Source: Sedimentisphaerales bacterium
GTDB lineage: Bacteria; Planctomycetota; Phycisphaerae; Sedimentisphaerales; SM23-30
Assembly: GCA_963663965.2 (NCBI GenBank)
Contig: CAXXFK010000012.1
Span: forward strand, 1 to 64,000
Length of the DNA stretch: 64,000 nt
Reading direction: 5' to 3'
The translations under genes and the position numbers were made by a program. Under the pieces are notes generated by a model. It had not been told where the DNA came from. It ran no database searches and worked only from the letters and a program-made list of their open reading frames with translations. Shown one piece after another: positions 60,876 to 64,000 of this stretch (position 1 is the stretch's first letter; every line of letters starts with the position of its first letter).

Positions 60876-62282
60876 TTATTTTGATCCATATTTTTGAAAG
60901 CTGTATTGATACAGCGGCAAATACGGATTCGCAGCCTGCCGCAACATCAACTCCACCGAAACATTCATTTTACTCAGATTCATAACAAAATCCGCCCGCT
61001 TCCGCGCTTCGTAGATTTCGACTGGATTAAGAGCCGCTTCGAGATCTTTGATAGAAATATTTTTTTCCTGTGCCCGGGCCATCAACTTGTCTGTTTTTAA
61101 TCGATCCCGCTTGTCATCATCCATAATGACATAGTACCATTTAAGCAATTCTATGGCATCCTTGGGTGGATATTTATACTCTGGTATTTTTCGAAACAAT
61201 TTGTCAACATCAACCATATTGGGGAGTAGATATTGCCACAACATTTCATATTGCGCTTTTTTATCCCCCAAGTGGGCCCCAAAGTATTTGGCCTCTGTCA
61301 CTAGTTGTTCATAATATTTCGGTCCTGCCAGATCAATTAGCAAATCGGGCCGTCTCGCCATCAAAGTATCCACATCATCCATGGAAATCGAGGTATTCGA
61401 CAACGACACATAGCGTAGATTTTTCATTTTTTCCAACTGATCCAGTATCGCTGGAGTAATCATGGTATGGTCCAGCGTGAGCACCTCAAGACGATCCAGC
61501 AGAATAATATTCTCAAGATGATTATCGGTAATATTACTGTTGGTCAGTAGCAATCTTATTATACCGCTTCCTGTCATATTATTTACAAAATCAGTTACCA
61601 GCGTTGTATGCTGCAAATCCAGCGTTTTCAATGCCCCCATATCCTTGACAATATTGAGGCCAGAACCTGTAATTTGCGTATCACTGCAATTGAGATATTC
61701 AAGCTGGCGTAACGACCCTATCGCTCTCAAGTCAACATCATTACAATCTTGAGGCAATCCCAGATAGCTTAAGCCTTCAAGCAATCCGATATCCTGCCAG
61801 GTCAGAGATGACATGGGAATGCTAAACAAATCCAGATACTGCATACGCTTGAAAGCTGCCAATGTTTGAATTGCCGGCATAGGAACTTTGTCAACTGGGC
61901 ATTTCTGAATAAATGACCAGTCATCTCCGGCGCTGATATGTATTGAATAAATAAATGACTCGATATGCCGTTGAGCAGATTCTTCTATTGGAGATAGCTG
62001 CACAAGAAGTATTTTGTCACAATCTAGAAATATTTCATTAGTAACCTTCTGGAACTGCTGCAGAACTGCCACTTCTTCATTATCCAAGCCAGATTCAGCC
62101 AATTCATTCGGTGCTCCATAAGGTGATATGCGAACAAATTCTCCGCACTCTGGTGTGACAACACCTCGTATATGATATTTTCTTTCAGGCGCATTCCAGT
62201 CCTCAACCCCATTGAAAACAATAGCGGACCAGAGAAATGATGGAGACTGAATAATTATGATCAATAATAGCATCAACCTCAT
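60876..62282 (-). CDS. Exported leucine-rich-repeat protein
   Basis: Signal-like N-terminus; ~24-aa LxxLxLxxTxIT repeats. Confidence 0.87.
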   Translation of the reverse strand: MRLMLLLIIIIQSPSFLWSAIVFNGVEDWNAPERKYHIRGVVTPECGEFVRISPYGAPNELAESGLDNEEVAVLQQFQKVTNEIFLDCDKILLVQLSPIEESAQRHIESFIYSIHISAGDDWSFIQKCPVDKVPMPAIQTLAAFKRMQYLDLFSIPMSSLTWQDIGLLEGLSYLGLPQDCNDVDLRAIGSLRQLEYLNCSDTQITGSGLNIVKDMGALKTLDLQHTTLVTDFVNNMTGSGIIRLLLTNSNITDNHLENIILLDRLEVLTLDHTMITPAILDQLEKMKNLRYVSLSNTSISMDDVDTLMARRPDLLIDLAGPKYYEQLVTEAKYFGAHLGDKKAQYEMLWQYLLPNMVDVDKLFRKIPEYKYPPKDAIELLKWYYVIMDDDKRDRLKTDKLMARAQEKNISIKDLEAALNPVEIYEARKRADFVMNLSKMNVSVELMLRQAANPYLPLYQYSFQKYGSK

Positions 62283-62284
62283 AA

Positions 62285-63337
62285 TTATCTCCTTATTACT
62301 CTAAATAAGATTTTTTTTCTACTGACACCAATCATATCATTATATTTTGACCAATCTTCTTCCCTACCAGTTCGATTATTACGGCCACCAGCATCGGAAT
62401 AATCAACATTGCTAATAATAGTTGCATCGATTTCTTGATTACAATTCCATGATATTTTGACTTTAAAATAACCTTCCGATATTAATTTACCTCCAAAATC
62501 AGGAACATTCCACTTTGGATATTTATAATCCGGATGAAGATATTCTGGGGTAGACAGAATTTCGGGGTATTCTTGATATGCATAGTCTTTATTAAGATAA
62601 TCGGCATCACCAAATACGGTATAATCCCCAGTAGAATACAAAGAAAATCGAGTATTTATTAAAATTGCGCCTTTCGAACAGCAATTGGATTGATTAACAA
62701 AATTTTTATCAATGAGAGCTGCATAGTAAGGTGATCGATAACTATTTTTCCATTTATTATCATTTTGACGAGTACTAATACGAACACCCGTAGGACCAGC
62801 CGCTTTATTCTCTTGAATCGTAATTGGAGGCAGATCATCAAACATTTCTTCAAATGTACTTGTAGTTCTCTCGAGCTGGCGAACAAAGGATACATTTTCA
62901 TATCGAGGTGATATTATGTAACTACTATCTTTACAATCCTTAACATACCAATATGCTGTTTTATTCATAACAGAATAAAGGCCTGCATTGTTATCAACAT
63001 CATCTAATACTGCCTGCTCTTTTTCATCCATTCTAAGGGCAGTACTCATCCAATATCCACTAATACACTTTTTCCCATCAGAACACTCAGTTAAATTAGC
63101 AACCGGTGTTCCAACCGCTTCAATCGTAAAAAATCCTAATGCATCCAACCGATTCAATGGCCGCTCTTGGACATAGCCATACAAATCCATCCCGTCACGA
63201 TACCCCATCTTGTCCCGCTGCATAAACCGGCCCTGCTCGGGATTGTACATACCATAACACCAGCCCTGACAGATCAACAGGACCAGAATAAGCCTGATCG
63301 CGGTTTTGCTTAATATCTTCATCTTCTGAATATCCAT
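62285..63337 (-). CDS. Signal peptide + Rhs-associated core motif + unknown C-terminal (toxin-like) domain
   Basis: YNPEQGRFMQRDKMGYRDGMDLYGYVQERPLNRLDALG matches the Rhs core C-terminal signature. No YD repeats. Confidence 0.85.
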   Translation of the reverse strand: MDIQKMKILSKTAIRLILVLLICQGWCYGMYNPEQGRFMQRDKMGYRDGMDLYGYVQERPLNRLDALGFFTIEAVGTPVANLTECSDGKKCISGYWMSTALRMDEKEQAVLDDVDNNAGLYSVMNKTAYWYVKDCKDSSYIISPRYENVSFVRQLERTTSTFEEMFDDLPPITIQENKAAGPTGVRISTRQNDNKWKNSYRSPYYAALIDKNFVNQSNCCSKGAILINTRFSLYSTGDYTVFGDADYLNKDYAYQEYPEILSTPEYLHPDYKYPKWNVPDFGGKLISEGYFKVKISWNCNQEIDATIISNVDYSDAGGRNNRTGREEDWSKYNDMIGVSRKKILFRVIRR

Positions 63338-63383
63338 TCATGCCTTCCTTAATATATCTGTTTTCAATACTTGACTTTGAACT

Positions 63384-63413
63384 ATTTTAGAGGCCACACC
63401 CCACATATATCAA
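63384..63413 (-). promoter_or_regulatory. Candidate sigma70 promoter for the mini-Rhs gene
   Basis: TTGATA-N18-TAAAAT; AAGGAAGG RBS downstream. Confidence 0.5.
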
Positions 63414-63452
63414 CGAGGCCGCTAGGCCGCCTTTTGCCCACGCAACCTTACT

Positions 63453-63851
63453 TTACCAAGTAAAATCAACATCATTTCTGACTTTTTCCGATAATTCCTT
63501 ATAACTTAAAATCGAACGCCTACCATCACCCCATGTTACCATGTACTTTCGGATAAAATATCTATTTATACTTCCAGGAATTTGGGAACATAATAACACT
63601 TGATCATTGGATTGCCATGCATCAGGGTAATACAAAATCTTTTTACTTGAAATATCTTGAAGCTGGTCAATGCTTTCGGGTACGCTTCCATTATTATCAA
63701 CAAAAAGCCTGATACCTGATACAAGTAAAGAATGATAAGCAGACATTGAATTGTAAATATTAGTTTGCAGTATAGGTACAATAAGTGCTCCAACAATTAT
63801 TATCACGATCAAACAAAAAATACTTTTTTTAATAACGCTATTCATATACAC
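63453..63851 (-). CDS. Small AT-rich single-TM hypothetical protein, pilin-head-like
   Basis: N-terminal TM, GIRLFVDNNGSVPESIDQL, VTWGDG. Confidence 0.7.
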   Translation of the reverse strand: MYMNSVIKKSIFCLIVIIIVGALIVPILQTNIYNSMSAYHSLLVSGIRLFVDNNGSVPESIDQLQDISSKKILYYPDAWQSNDQVLLCSQIPGSINRYFIRKYMVTWGDGRRSILSYKELSEKVRNDVDFTW

Positions 63852-64000
63852 CTTGAACTTTTGTATAATTATCCTACTATATCATTATTCAGAAGTACTT
63901 TTGGGAATATTTCGAATCAATAACATGTCCTAATTCCAACAAAAGTTACGATAAACTGCATCGCCCCAGCACATCAATAATATCGTATTTCTTTTTTTAT

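Noticed and set aside
1..64000. CRISPR arrays, tRNA/rRNA genes, IS elements, integron attC sites
   Set aside because: No regularly spaced direct repeats, cloverleafs, transposase or integrase ORFs recognised; a by-eye scan could miss weak cases.

Overview
Bacterial chromosomal DNA, most likely Planctomycetota (Phycisphaerae/Sedimentisphaerales-like). This is an inference from DUF1559/H-X9-DG-type proteins, three PEP-CTERM proteins, a GLUG/dockerin-like surface protein and two ECF sigma/anti-sigma pairs. Most of the window is housekeeping and transport: SSS symporter, sugar ABC transporter, thiE, lipA/lipM, gatCAB, cysDN, cysK, nadB, queG. No rRNA, tRNA, CRISPR array or transposase was recognised. 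Most notable: (1) an AT-rich cassette at the right end encoding a 'mini-Rhs' protein (signal peptide fused directly to the Rhs core autoprotease motif, then an unknown C-terminal tip) followed by exported LRR and WG-repeat proteins; (2) a binding protein/porin/chemoreceptor trio; (3) two AlkP-superfamily enzymes in an operon with cysDN but no cysC; (4) two ECF modules linked to pilin-head-like domains; (5) two candidate non-coding RNAs, one 6S-like; (6) an apparently ATP-binding-defective histidine kinase. Three loci carry single-base indels that look like assembly errors. All product calls come from motif recognition by eye; no database searches were run.
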